A DNA stretch of 31,321 nt from a virus (lineage: Duplodnaviria > Caudoviricetes), in the IMG/VR virus record IMGVR_UViG_3300027852_000128, positions 1-31,321 of that record. One strand, 5' to 3'. The stretch's first letter is position 1; each line of letters starts with the position of its first letter. This document shows positions 1-8,814 of this stretch, piece after piece. The notes under the pieces were generated by a model, which did not search any database, was not told where the DNA came from, and saw only the letters and a program-made list of their open reading frames with translations. The position numbers and the translations under genes were made by a program.

Positions 1-45
1 GTTTTGATTGCGACTCGACACCTTTTCGGAATTTTTCATTTTTGG

Positions 46-73
46 TTGACAAGTACCTGACGGATTTTATATT
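46..73 (+). promoter_or_regulatory. Putative sigma70-type promoter for the packaging/late operon
   Basis: TTGACA (46-51), 16-nt spacer, TATATT (68-73), about 40 nt upstream of the terS ATG; TAAGGT SD-like motif just before the ATG at 115. Confidence 0.6.
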
Positions 74-114
74 AGGCTTACAAGTGTATATTTTAAATAT
101 TTTAAGGTCATTTC

Positions 115-708
115 ATGAAAACCGTTTCACAGGCTGGGTTTGCGAGCATGGCGGGGGTTGCCAGACAGACCATCTACAACATGACAAAAGCTGACAGTCG
201 TCTATATGAAACATTGGTGGGTAAAAAAATAAACATCGACCATCCTATAGCAATTACCTACATTCAAGAACGAAATGAAAAGCGTGGAATTAAAGCAGGA
301 ACGCTGCCACCACCACCTACACCTAGCCAAAAACACAATCTTCCTGAAGAATATCTGAACATGACACTTGAACAGATATTGAAAGAATTTGGAACTGATG
401 AACAATTCCTTGATTGGTTAAAGGCCACAAAAACAATCGAAGATGTGAGAGAAAAGCGTTTAAAGAATTCCATCACACAAGGTGAATTGATAAAACGGGA
501 TTTTGTTCAGGGCCATGTGTTCAGCTATATAGAAAATTCACAGGTGCGGCTGCTGACTGACACCCCACGTACAATTGCAATCAGGGTGCTTGAAGCAGTC
601 AAAGCTGGTCAGACCAAAGAAGAACTTGAAGACCTTATCCGTGAAATGATTTCTGCACCAATCAAGCAGGTTAAGGGTCAAGTGGAAAAGGCTTTCAGGA
701 ATGCTTGA
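115..708 (+). CDS. terS: Terminase small subunit (lambda Nu1-like)
   Basis: N-terminal HTH-like segment (VSQAGFASMAGVARQTIY), C-terminal helical GELIKRD segment; overlaps the large terminase start by 8 nt. Confidence 0.8.
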   Translation: MKTVSQAGFASMAGVARQTIYNMTKADSRLYETLVGKKINIDHPIAITYIQERNEKRGIKAGTLPPPPTPSQKHNLPEEYLNMTLEQILKEFGTDEQFLDWLKATKTIEDVREKRLKNSITQGELIKRDFVQGHVFSYIENSQVRLLTDTPRTIAIRVLEAVKAGQTKEELEDLIREMISAPIKQVKGQVEKAFRNA

Positions 709-2695
709 CACAGGTGACACTTCCAGCAGCTGGCTAATAAGTTGTTTTGGTGATTTGACAGACAGTGTTGAATTTATGTCACCGTCAGAATGGTCAGAAA
801 AATTTAGATACCTTCCAGCATCTGTTACACCTATACCCGGCTTCTATTCATATGATGTTGCACCCTACCTTGTAGAAATTGTTGACTGTTTTGACTTTCG
901 TTCACCAGTGCGTGAAGTGTCTGTGATGAAAGGGGCGCAAATCTGTTGGACAACAGGTGTGCTTGAAAACGTTATCGGTTACGGAATGCACCAGTTGAAA
1001 ACATCCCCTATGATGCTGCTGACTGCTGATGCTGAACTTGCCAAGATGCGTATGGAAACATATATCACACCTATGATCCAGCAGTCTGACCTTGAACATC
1101 TGATCAGGTCCGGTGACGAAACGAATAGCAGGAAAACAGGTAAAACGGATAGTAAAATTGAATGGATGGGTGGTGGCTTCCTTGTGCCGTTCGGTGCTAG
1201 GAACGCGGCGAAACTCAGATCAATATCAATTCAGTATCTGCTTGAAGATGAAAATGATGGTTATCCTGACACAGTGGGCCGTGATGGTGATCCTGCCAAG
1301 CTTGCTGAAGGTCGTACTAAAGCATATCACCAGACAAGGAAAATTGGACGCGGTTCCACTCCCCTGATCAAAGGGCAAAGCAGGATAGCACGTAATTTCA
1401 AAGATGGTGATCAACGTTACTACAATGTTGTGTGTAGGAATTGTGAGGAACCACAAGTATTGAAGTTCCAAGGGCGCAATGACAATGGCAGTGAGTACGG
1501 TTTAAGATGGACAATTGAAGATGGTCGCTTGCTGATAGACAGTGTGCGCTACCGTTGCCGATACTGTGGACACGATCATGTCAACGCTGACAAGGTTTGG
1601 ATGTTCGACCCGGCGAATGGGGCCAAGTGGATACCTACTTCTGTACCGGTATCAGATGATGTGCGGTCATACCATATCAGTGCACTATATTCCCCCGCTG
1701 GCATGTACCCATGGTCAGCAGTTGTGCAATCCTATCTGAATGCATGGGATGTTGAAACGAACAGACCTAAAGACCTTGGTTTGTTTCAAGAGTTTTATAA
1801 CAATGACCTTGGTGAAGTGTTTGAAATCAGGGGTGACAAGCTTCAATTCAACACTGTTTCTTCACACAGACGCAATGCATACCAGTTTGGTGAAATCCCT
1901 AATGAATTTTCAATGAAGTACTGTGGTAGTCCAATTCTATTGTTGACCTGTGCGGTGGATGTACACAAGTCAAACTTGGCTGTGTCTGTTATGGGGTGGA
2001 CCCGTGGTTCTAGATGTTTCGTCATTGATTATTGGCGTTTTGAAGGTGACTGTGAAGACATTGACAATGCTGATACATGGGGGCGTTTACGTGATTTGAT
2101 AGAAAATGGTGAATGGACTGCAGATGATGGTAAGAAATATTTGCTTGAAACAACGTTCATTGATTCAGGTTTTTCAACTGACATTGTGAATTTATTCTGT
2201 AGTGAGTTTGGGGAATATGTAACACCAATCAAAGGTGTTGGCATGCCCGGTAAGACTGCGATGATTAAAGAATTTGATCTATCCACAAACAAGCTTGGCA
2301 GACGTTCAGTCAATGTGACTGTGGATTTGTACAAGGATCGTTGGTCAGCAGGTTTGCGCCGTCAATGGAACGGTCAAGCAGCACAACCTGCACACTATTT
2401 TAATGCGCCGTTGGACATGACAGACAAGCAGTTGAAAGAACTGACTGTTGAACACAAGCGTGAAAAGGTTGAAGCGAGCACAGGCAAGCGTGTTGGTTTC
2501 GAGTGGCACAGACCCGGCAACGCACGCAACGAACTATGGGACTTGCTCATGTACAACAATGCAGCCCTTGAATATGTTGCATGGGTGTATTGCACAGATG
2601 TGCTTGAATTAGATCACTTGAACATGGTTGCATTCTATGACATGATTGAAGATGAAGCATATTACTACACGCAAGAGGAAGTGAACGATGTCTGA
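701..2695 (+). CDS. terL: Terminase large subunit, lambda GpA family
   Basis: 664 aa; Walker A-like MKGAQICWT, Walker B-like LLEDENDGY, GSTP motif, CxxC pairs (CRNC, CRYC), nuclease motifs AVDVH, IDSG and NELWD. Confidence 0.95.
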   Translation: MLDTGDTSSSWLISCFGDLTDSVEFMSPSEWSEKFRYLPASVTPIPGFYSYDVAPYLVEIVDCFDFRSPVREVSVMKGAQICWTTGVLENVIGYGMHQLKTSPMMLLTADAELAKMRMETYITPMIQQSDLEHLIRSGDETNSRKTGKTDSKIEWMGGGFLVPFGARNAAKLRSISIQYLLEDENDGYPDTVGRDGDPAKLAEGRTKAYHQTRKIGRGSTPLIKGQSRIARNFKDGDQRYYNVVCRNCEEPQVLKFQGRNDNGSEYGLRWTIEDGRLLIDSVRYRCRYCGHDHVNADKVWMFDPANGAKWIPTSVPVSDDVRSYHISALYSPAGMYPWSAVVQSYLNAWDVETNRPKDLGLFQEFYNNDLGEVFEIRGDKLQFNTVSSHRRNAYQFGEIPNEFSMKYCGSPILLLTCAVDVHKSNLAVSVMGWTRGSRCFVIDYWRFEGDCEDIDNADTWGRLRDLIENGEWTADDGKKYLLETTFIDSGFSTDIVNLFCSEFGEYVTPIKGVGMPGKTAMIKEFDLSTNKLGRRSVNVTVDLYKDRWSAGLRRQWNGQAAQPAHYFNAPLDMTDKQLKELTVEHKREKVEASTGKRVGFEWHRPGNARNELWDLLMYNNAALEYVAWVYCTDVLELDHLNMVAFYDMIEDEAYYYTQEEVNDV

Positions 2696-2825
2696 TAATT
2701 TATTAAAGCTTATCTCAAGTAGAGCTAAAAATTATGGTGAGCCTAGAAAAATTATTTATGAATCTGCACAGTCGATAAAAGGTCCAAACAAGATTGAACA
2801 AATGTTTAAACATGCTACAAAATAA
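2688..2825 (+). CDS. Small hypothetical protein, 45 aa (MSDNLLKLISSRAKNYGEPRKIIYESAQSIKGPNKIEQMFKHATK); below the ORF-track cutoff
   Basis: GAGGAAG SD at 2675-2681, ATG 2688 overlapping the terL end by 8 nt, TAA 2823-2825; fills the terL-gpW gap. Confidence 0.6.
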   Translation: MSDNLLKLISSRAKNYGEPRKIIYESAQSIKGPNKIEQMFKHATK

Positions 2826-2828
2826 TAG

Positions 2829-2857
2829 TTGCATGAAAAATACAACAAAGATAGTGT
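2829..2857 (+). promoter_or_regulatory. Possible sigma70-like internal promoter, perhaps giving a leaderless transcript
   Basis: TTGCAT-17 nt-TAGTGT ending 6 nt before ATG 2864, which lacks an SD. Confidence 0.35.
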
Positions 2858-2863
2858 GCGAAA

Positions 2864-3118
2864 ATGGATGATTCTTTTATACAAGAACAGATTGACGCTA
2901 CCAAGTTGATCATCACTGCTTATAACACTGCAATGCTTGCACTTATTACAGGTGGGGTACAACGTTATGAACTTGATACAGGTCAGACCCGTCAAACTGT
3001 GACCAAGCTTGACCTTGACGACATGCGCAAAGTGGTTGATGGTTTAATGAACCAGTGTGCCACATTAGAAACACGTCTAACAGGATCAGGCGTCACAAGA
3101 GTAGTTCCAGCATGGTAA
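2864..3118 (+). CDS. Head-tail joining/head completion protein (lambda gpW-like)
   Basis: 84 aa between terL and portal; helix, beta-hairpin (GVQRYELDTGQTRQTVTK), helix pattern typical of gpW-like adaptors. Confidence 0.75.
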   Translation: MDDSFIQEQIDATKLIITAYNTAMLALITGGVQRYELDTGQTRQTVTKLDLDDMRKVVDGLMNQCATLETRLTGSGVTRVVPAW

Positions 3119-4737
3119 ACCTTCTTGATCGTTTCAAAGCTTTTGCAAATCCTAACACAACACCAACAATTAGTGTTGATGAACTGATGTCTTATTCTGA
3201 CACGTTTGTTGGTACAAATTTTGATGGTGATAAGTTTGTTGGTGGTTTCGGTGCAACTGAAGTTCAATTTATTGATTACTGGACATTGCGTGCAAGATCA
3301 GCACAACTTTTCAATGATAACTTATATGCACGCGGTTTAGTGCGGCGAATTGTTACAAATGAAATCACAACAGGGTTGGAACTTGAATCAACCCCTGTCA
3401 CATCGCTACTTGGTCTTGAAGAAGGTGCACTTGATGATTGGGCAGAACGCACAGAAAATTTATATTCTATGTGGTCTGAAGACCCAACCCTTGTAGATTG
3501 GGAAAAGTCAAAAACCTTTGGTGCAATACAAGCTGCTGCACGTCAGGAAGCTTATATTTGTGGTGATGTACTTGTTCTAATCCTACAGAATAATTTGACA
3601 AAATTACCCATGGTACAACTTGTCAGTGGCAATCGGGTTCAAACACCTGTTGATTTTGTGCCACGGGCTGGAAATGAAATTGTCCATGGTGTTGAGCTTG
3701 ATAAAAACAAACGTCAAGTTGCTTATCATGTGCTGCAAGCAGACGGCAATAGTAAACGTGTTGCTGCTTTCGGATCGCGGTCAGGACGTAGGCAAGCATT
3801 TTTGGAATACGGTACAGACAAGCGCCTTGATGATGTGCGCGGTCAACCTTTATTGTCTTTGATCCTGCAGTCATTGAAAGAAATTGATCGTTATCGTGAC
3901 AGCGCACAACGTAAGGCTGTCATCAACTCAATTCTTGCGATGTACATCAAAAAGACTGAAGACAAGCCCGGTACAAAACCAGTTACCAGAAGTGGGTACA
4001 ACAAGTCTGTCACAGTTCAAGATGACCAAGGCCAACCACGAAATTTCAAGTTAAATGGCGAAGTCCCGGGCGTTGTATATGAAGAACTGCAACAAGGTGA
4101 AGAACCAGTAGGTTTTCACTCACAAGGAACAGATGTTAATTTCCCAGTGTTTGAAGATGCTATCATTAGTGCCATTGCATGGGCCAATGAAATCCCGCCT
4201 GAAATTTACAAGCTTTCTTTTTCTTCAAACTATTCTGCATCACAAGCTGCAATCAATGAATTTAAAATGCTGCTGAACAAACAGCGTAAGAATTTTGCTG
4301 ACACATTCTGCAGATACGTCTACAAGGAATGGTTCATTTCATCTGTGCTTGCTCAAAAAATTGACGCTGCAGGTTTTTTAAACTCGTTGAACAATCCTAC
4401 TTTATATGATATTCAAAATGCATGGCTTGCGTCTGATTGGTCAGGTGCAATTAAACCATCAACTGACATCCTGAAAACTGTGAAAGGTTATCAAGGAATG
4501 GTTTCTGAAGGTTGGATCACAAACGCACGTGCATCACGTGAAGTTTCTGGTACTAAATTTGACAGGAATATCAGACGATTGAAGCGAGAAAACGAACTGA
4601 AAGTTGCTGCTGCAAGACCGCTTGCAGAATTTAAACAAGAATTCACACCTGAAATTGTAGATGAAGTTATGCCTGAATCTATTGACAGTAACAATGTCAT
4701 TCAGTTAACTGACATAAATACAGGACAAGAGGTATAA
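3112..4737 (+). CDS. Portal protein, lambda gpB family
   Basis: Motifs LRARSAQL..N..ARG, GVELD, RGQPLL, NYSAS; start set at ATG 3112 (MVNLLDRF) rather than the track's 3055. Confidence 0.93.
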   Translation: MVNLLDRFKAFANPNTTPTISVDELMSYSDTFVGTNFDGDKFVGGFGATEVQFIDYWTLRARSAQLFNDNLYARGLVRRIVTNEITTGLELESTPVTSLLGLEEGALDDWAERTENLYSMWSEDPTLVDWEKSKTFGAIQAAARQEAYICGDVLVLILQNNLTKLPMVQLVSGNRVQTPVDFVPRAGNEIVHGVELDKNKRQVAYHVLQADGNSKRVAAFGSRSGRRQAFLEYGTDKRLDDVRGQPLLSLILQSLKEIDRYRDSAQRKAVINSILAMYIKKTEDKPGTKPVTRSGYNKSVTVQDDQGQPRNFKLNGEVPGVVYEELQQGEEPVGFHSQGTDVNFPVFEDAIISAIAWANEIPPEIYKLSFSSNYSASQAAINEFKMLLNKQRKNFADTFCRYVYKEWFISSVLAQKIDAAGFLNSLNNPTLYDIQNAWLASDWSGAIKPSTDILKTVKGYQGMVSEGWITNARASREVSGTKFDRNIRRLKRENELKVAAARPLAEFKQEFTPEIVDEVMPESIDSNNVIQLTDINTGQEV

Positions 4738-4742
4738 GTTTA

Positions 4743-5870
4743 ATGTTAGACTGGCTAATTGCACAAGGTGCACTTGATTATTTAACAACCTACACAAATG
4801 CTGACATCACTGCAGATGATCGTGCACAGTTTGCTGAACTTCGTGCACAAGACAATTCAACATCGTCCGGCGGTGTGGCTGTAATCCCCATGAAGGGAAT
4901 TTTGACACAGAACCGTGACATCATGGCAATGATCTTTGGGGGTGGGAACACAGTCTATTCATCTATTATTCAGGGTCTACAAGCTGCAGATGCTGATGCA
5001 AATATTGAAAGTGCTGAATTAGACATCAATAGCCCCGGTGGTACTGTTGAAGGCATGTTTGAAACCATGGCTGCAATTCAGGCATTCAGCAAGCCCATTA
5101 CAGCGCGTGTCACAGGCAAAGCAGCAAGTGCTGCATTCATCATTGCAACACAAGCTGATGAAATCATTGCTGCATCTGAATCTACCGAATTTGGCAGTTT
5201 GGGTGTTGCTTTTGAAACCCGGGTGAATGACAACATTGTGACTATTACTAACACCAAGTCACCTGATAAAAGACCTGATCTTGAAACTGAAGAAGGTCAA
5301 CAGGTCGTTCGTGATAGACTTGACGGAATTTATAATTTATTTGTTGAAGCTGTGGCTACAGGTCGCAACACAACAGTTAAAAAAGTTAATGCGGATTTTG
5401 GACAAGGGCGTGTTTTCCTTGCTCAAGATTCGGTTAAGCGTGGAATGATTGACACTGTTGTTGATACTACCACATCAAAGCCCGCCACGGGTGGGAATCC
5501 AACAAAAAAAGGAACTAAGGTCATGAACCTTGATGAACTAAAGGCCAACCATCCGGACTTGTATGCACAAGCAGTGGCGATTGGTCAAACTAATGAACGG
5601 GATCGTGTAGGCGCACATCTTGCAATGGGTGAAGCCAGTGGTGATATGAAAACTGCTGTTACAGCTATTGAAGATGGTGTTGACATGACCCAAAAGCTAC
5701 AGGCAACCTACATGGCTGCTGGTTTGCGCCGCAATGCGATTGATGACCGTCAAAATGATTCAGATAATGCTGATGACATTGACAATGGCGGCGATACTGC
5801 TGCAACAGACATTGAAGATAAAGTACATGCTGCTGCACTTGAGTTGATGGGAGTAATTGACGATGACTAA
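4743..5870 (+). CDS. Prohead maturation protease, S49/SppA family (lambda gpC-like), with C-terminal scaffold region
   Basis: LDINSPGG, AASAAF (catalytic Ser region), GSLGV, GRVFLAQDSVKRGMID; located after the portal; GAGGT SD. Confidence 0.92.
   Translation: MLDWLIAQGALDYLTTYTNADITADDRAQFAELRAQDNSTSSGGVAVIPMKGILTQNRDIMAMIFGGGNTVYSSIIQGLQAADADANIESAELDINSPGGTVEGMFETMAAIQAFSKPITARVTGKAASAAFIIATQADEIIAASESTEFGSLGVAFETRVNDNIVTITNTKSPDKRPDLETEEGQQVVRDRLDGIYNLFVEAVATGRNTTVKKVNADFGQGRVFLAQDSVKRGMIDTVVDTTTSKPATGGNPTKKGTKVMNLDELKANHPDLYAQAVAIGQTNERDRVGAHLAMGEASGDMKTAVTAIEDGVDMTQKLQATYMAAGLRRNAIDDRQNDSDNADDIDNGGDTAATDIEDKVHAAALELMGVIDDD
5523..5870 (+). CDS. Nested in-frame scaffolding protein (Nu3-like), 115 aa
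   Basis: Internal in-frame ATG (codon 261) preceded by AAAGGAACTAAGG after a low-complexity linker; begins MNLDELKANHPDLY and is helical and acidic. Confidence 0.65.
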   Translation: MNLDELKANHPDLYAQAVAIGQTNERDRVGAHLAMGEASGDMKTAVTAIEDGVDMTQKLQATYMAAGLRRNAIDDRQNDSDNADDIDNGGDTAATDIEDKVHAAALELMGVIDDD

Positions 5871-6264
5871 TCTTGTTATTACAAACGTTGATACAGGTAA
5901 CGTAATTCTTGAAAGTGGTGACTTTGAAGATGGTGCACTTGTATTTGCAGGGGCTGGAACTGTGCTCGAAGGTACAATTTTAGCACGTGATAGTGTTTCA
6001 TTTAAGTTTGTACCATACGTCATTGGCGGTGTTGTAAATGAAAATGGTATTCCAAAAGCTGTGATCAGTTACGATGTGGTTGCTGAAGGTGCTGGTGATA
6101 TTCAGACCCGGCCCATGGTGTCAGGTCGTGTTCGCGAAGAACGATTGATTGTTGATGCTGACGGTGATGGTAGTAACATCACGCCTGCTATTCTTGATCA
6201 ACTTCGTGATTACAAAATCACAGCAGTCAGTGTTGATGATCTTTCACAACTTGACAATCAATAA
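5863..6264 (+). CDS. Head decoration protein (lambda gpD-like)
   Basis: 133 aa between protease and capsid; GTVLEGTILAR motif; GGGAG SD before ATG 5863. Confidence 0.8.
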   Translation: MTNLVITNVDTGNVILESGDFEDGALVFAGAGTVLEGTILARDSVSFKFVPYVIGGVVNENGIPKAVISYDVVAEGAGDIQTRPMVSGRVREERLIVDADGDGSNITPAILDQLRDYKITAVSVDDLSQLDNQ

Positions 6265-6278
6265 GAAAGGTCAAATAA

Positions 6279-7361
6279 ATGTCTGACGCTTCAACAAAAA
6301 AAATGATTTCGGCGTATTTGAAAACAGGAACGCCTTCAATGTTCTTGTCTTCTTTGTTCCAAAGTCCCGCACAGAATTTTCACAATTCTGAAACTATTGA
6401 AATCGACATCCAACGGTCTGGTGAAGACGTGGCTATTGTTGTGCAAGATTTAAGCACAGGCTACCGTATGAACTCAGATGATTTGTTCACTAACAAAGAA
6501 TTCACACCACCAATTTTCAAAGAAGCTGGTGCACTGAATGCATTTGATATGATCAAGCGTATGGTTGGACAAAACCCGTTTGATGATCCTGCATTTCAAT
6601 CAAATGCAATTGTGAAATCTTTCCAACAGTTCCGCAAACTTGAAGCAAAAATCAAGCGTGCAATGGAGCTTCAAGCTTCACAAGCTTTGCAAACAGGTAC
6701 AATCACATTGATTGATCAATCTGGAAACGCACTCTACACAATTGACTTCAAACCTAAAGCAACTCACTTCCCTACAGTTGTGACTGCATGGGACCAAGCG
6801 GGTGCAACTCCTCTTGCTGACATTGAAGCAGTTTCTGAAGTCATCCGTGACGATGGTCTTGAAGGTCCAACGCAATTGTTGATGGGTTCAACATCATTCA
6901 ATGCATTTATTGCAAACGATGATGTTCAGAAGCATTATGACAATCGCCGTATTGACCAAGGGACTATTTCAAACACTGTCATTTCAAGTGATGCTGGTAA
7001 CTTCCGTGGTATTGTAACTGTTGGCAACTATCAGTATGACATTTGGACGTATGGCGGTCGTTATGTGAAACCTGACACTGGTGTGACAACTCAATTCCTT
7101 GAACCTGATAAAGTCATTGTTCGTTCTGGTTCAGGTCGTCTTGATGCTACATTTGGGTCAATTCCACGCATTGCACCACCTGATTCACGTGCATTGCCGT
7201 TTCTACCTTCACGAATTCGTCAACCGGGTGTCAACTTTGATTTGACTACAAACGCATGGATCACACCAGATGGTGAACAAGTGTTTGTAGGTGCTGGCAC
7301 ACGTCCTCTGATGATTCCAACAGCTATTGACACATTTGGGTGCATTACCACTGGTGTCTAA
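6279..7361 (+). CDS. Major capsid protein, lambda gpE family
   Basis: 360 aa, position in head module, E-x-Q-A-S-Q-A-L-x-T-G motif, C-terminal RPLMIP; AGAAAGG SD. Confidence 0.92.
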   Translation: MSDASTKKMISAYLKTGTPSMFLSSLFQSPAQNFHNSETIEIDIQRSGEDVAIVVQDLSTGYRMNSDDLFTNKEFTPPIFKEAGALNAFDMIKRMVGQNPFDDPAFQSNAIVKSFQQFRKLEAKIKRAMELQASQALQTGTITLIDQSGNALYTIDFKPKATHFPTVVTAWDQAGATPLADIEAVSEVIRDDGLEGPTQLLMGSTSFNAFIANDDVQKHYDNRRIDQGTISNTVISSDAGNFRGIVTVGNYQYDIWTYGGRYVKPDTGVTTQFLEPDKVIVRSGSGRLDATFGSIPRIAPPDSRALPFLPSRIRQPGVNFDLTTNAWITPDGEQVFVGAGTRPLMIPTAIDTFGCITTGV

Positions 7362-7374
7362 GAAAGGTTTTATT

Positions 7375-7767
7375 ATGTCTTCTCGACGAAATAAACAAAA
7401 CACAAAGGCTGCACCTTTGCCCAATGCGGGTGCAACACCTTTGCCCGATGCTGATGCTGATGCTGCCAATGAAGCTGATGCTGCTGCAAAAAGGCTTGCT
7501 GCTGAAGAAGCTGAAGCAGCTGCTGAAAAAGCTGAACGTGTAGCAGCTGCTGAAGAAGCTGTTGCAAAAGAAGAAGCTGAAGCTGCTGCTGCTGAAACCA
7601 AACCAGTTGCAAAGAAACGTTCATGCATGGTTGTCTGTGAAGGTAAATCATTGACTTCTAAAATCGGGGTTATTGGTCCCGGTGAAGAAGTTCCTGCTGA
7701 CCTTTACCCCAAGGAAACTATGGACAATCTGAAAAAACGCAACCTGATTGAAAAAGGTTCCGTGTAA
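7375..7767 (+). CDS. Hypothetical protein with Ala/Glu-rich helical linker (position of lambda gpFI-like packaging chaperone)
   Basis: AGAAAGG SD then ATG 7375; basic N-terminus, EAAA-rich helix, small C-terminal domain; TAATG-coupled to the next gene. Confidence 0.65.
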   Translation: MSSRRNKQNTKAAPLPNAGATPLPDADADAANEADAAAKRLAAEEAEAAAEKAERVAAAEEAVAKEEAEAAAAETKPVAKKRSCMVVCEGKSLTSKIGVIGPGEEVPADLYPKETMDNLKKRNLIEKGSV

Positions 7768-8153
7768 TGGGATTACGGGAAACAGCCGAAACTGACATGA
7801 CATTCATTTTAAATGATGTGAATGGTGGTTTCGGCTATCCTGTAACCGTGACCAATCCTGACGGTGTTTCAGCACCACTCAATGGGTTATCGACTGACAT
7901 TCATCAAGCTATTGATCCTGATACTGGAACTATCATCAGTGGACGTTCTGCATCAGTGAGCTTGTCAATATCAGATTTAGCAAATGTGGGGCTTGTACTT
8001 CCTGTTGGAGTTTCTGACAGTAAATCCAAACCATGGTTGATATCTTTTGATGATGTCAATTCTAATTCATATTTGTTCAAAGTATCACAGACAATGCCTG
8101 ATAGGGGCATAGGTCTAATAGTTTGTATATTGGAATTGTACAGTAATGGTTGA
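7767..8153 (+). CDS. Putative head-tail connector/head closure protein
   Basis: 128 aa, beta-rich; synteny between capsid and tail genes. Confidence 0.6.
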   Translation: MGLRETAETDMTFILNDVNGGFGYPVTVTNPDGVSAPLNGLSTDIHQAIDPDTGTIISGRSASVSLSISDLANVGLVLPVGVSDSKSKPWLISFDDVNSNSYLFKVSQTMPDRGIGLIVCILELYSNG

Positions 8154-8814
8154 AGTCACTAATATACTGATTGACAAAGAAGACAATTTTGAAATCATTC
8201 GTGATCAAATTGCACAAATCATTGCTGATGAATCTGTTAATCAAATGGTACTTGCTGCAAATGCTGCAAAAGACCCTTCGTTGTGGGAATTACGGGTATT
8301 TGCTGAACGATCAAACCCTTTTGAACAGTTTATGAATAATCCAGTTGCAGACACATCGCCAATTATAAATGTATGGTTCGATAATTACAATGTTGACCTT
8401 GGTTCAAGCAATAGTGTCGAACGACAAACCACACGTGGTAATTTCAACATTGACTGTTATGGTTATGGACTTTCTAAAGATGATGGTGGTTCAGGCCACA
8501 TACCGGGTGACGAGGAAGCAGCGTTAGAAGCACAACGTGCAGTTCGTCTGGTTAGGAATATAATGATGCTTGACATCAATACATATTTACAATTACGTGG
8601 TGTTGTACAAACTAGAATGCCACAAGATGTTAGCACTTTTCAACCACAGTTCAACGGTCAACCTGCTGTTCAGGTGGTTGGTGCAAGGATTTCATTAAAT
8701 GTTCGTTTTGATGAATATTCACCACAATTTGTGAATGACACATTAGATGAATTGGGTGTAACAATAACACGGGCCAGTGATGGTCAAGTTTTAGCTAAAC
8801 AGGAGTTAATATAA
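8146..8814 (+). CDS. Putative tail terminator/neck protein
   Basis: 222 aa immediately upstream of the sheath, to which it is TAATG-coupled. Confidence 0.55.
   Translation: MVEVTNILIDKEDNFEIIRDQIAQIIADESVNQMVLAANAAKDPSLWELRVFAERSNPFEQFMNNPVADTSPIINVWFDNYNVDLGSSNSVERQTTRGNFNIDCYGYGLSKDDGGSGHIPGDEEAALEAQRAVRLVRNIMMLDINTYLQLRGVVQTRMPQDVSTFQPQFNGQPAVQVVGARISLNVRFDEYSPQFVNDTLDELGVTITRASDGQVLAKQELI

Noticed and set aside
1-114. cos site upstream of terS
   Set aside because: Expected near here for a GpA-type terminase, but no recognisable cosN symmetry or R-site repeats in the 114 nt available
3055-3111. Track's upstream GTG start for the portal
   Set aside because: Would overlap the gpW-like gene by 64 nt with an implausible N-terminus; ATG 3112 fits the coupling pattern
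7209-7651. Poly-Ala and poly-Gln/Leu ORFs in alternative frames and strands
   Set aside because: By-products of the GCTGAA/GCTGCT low-complexity linker
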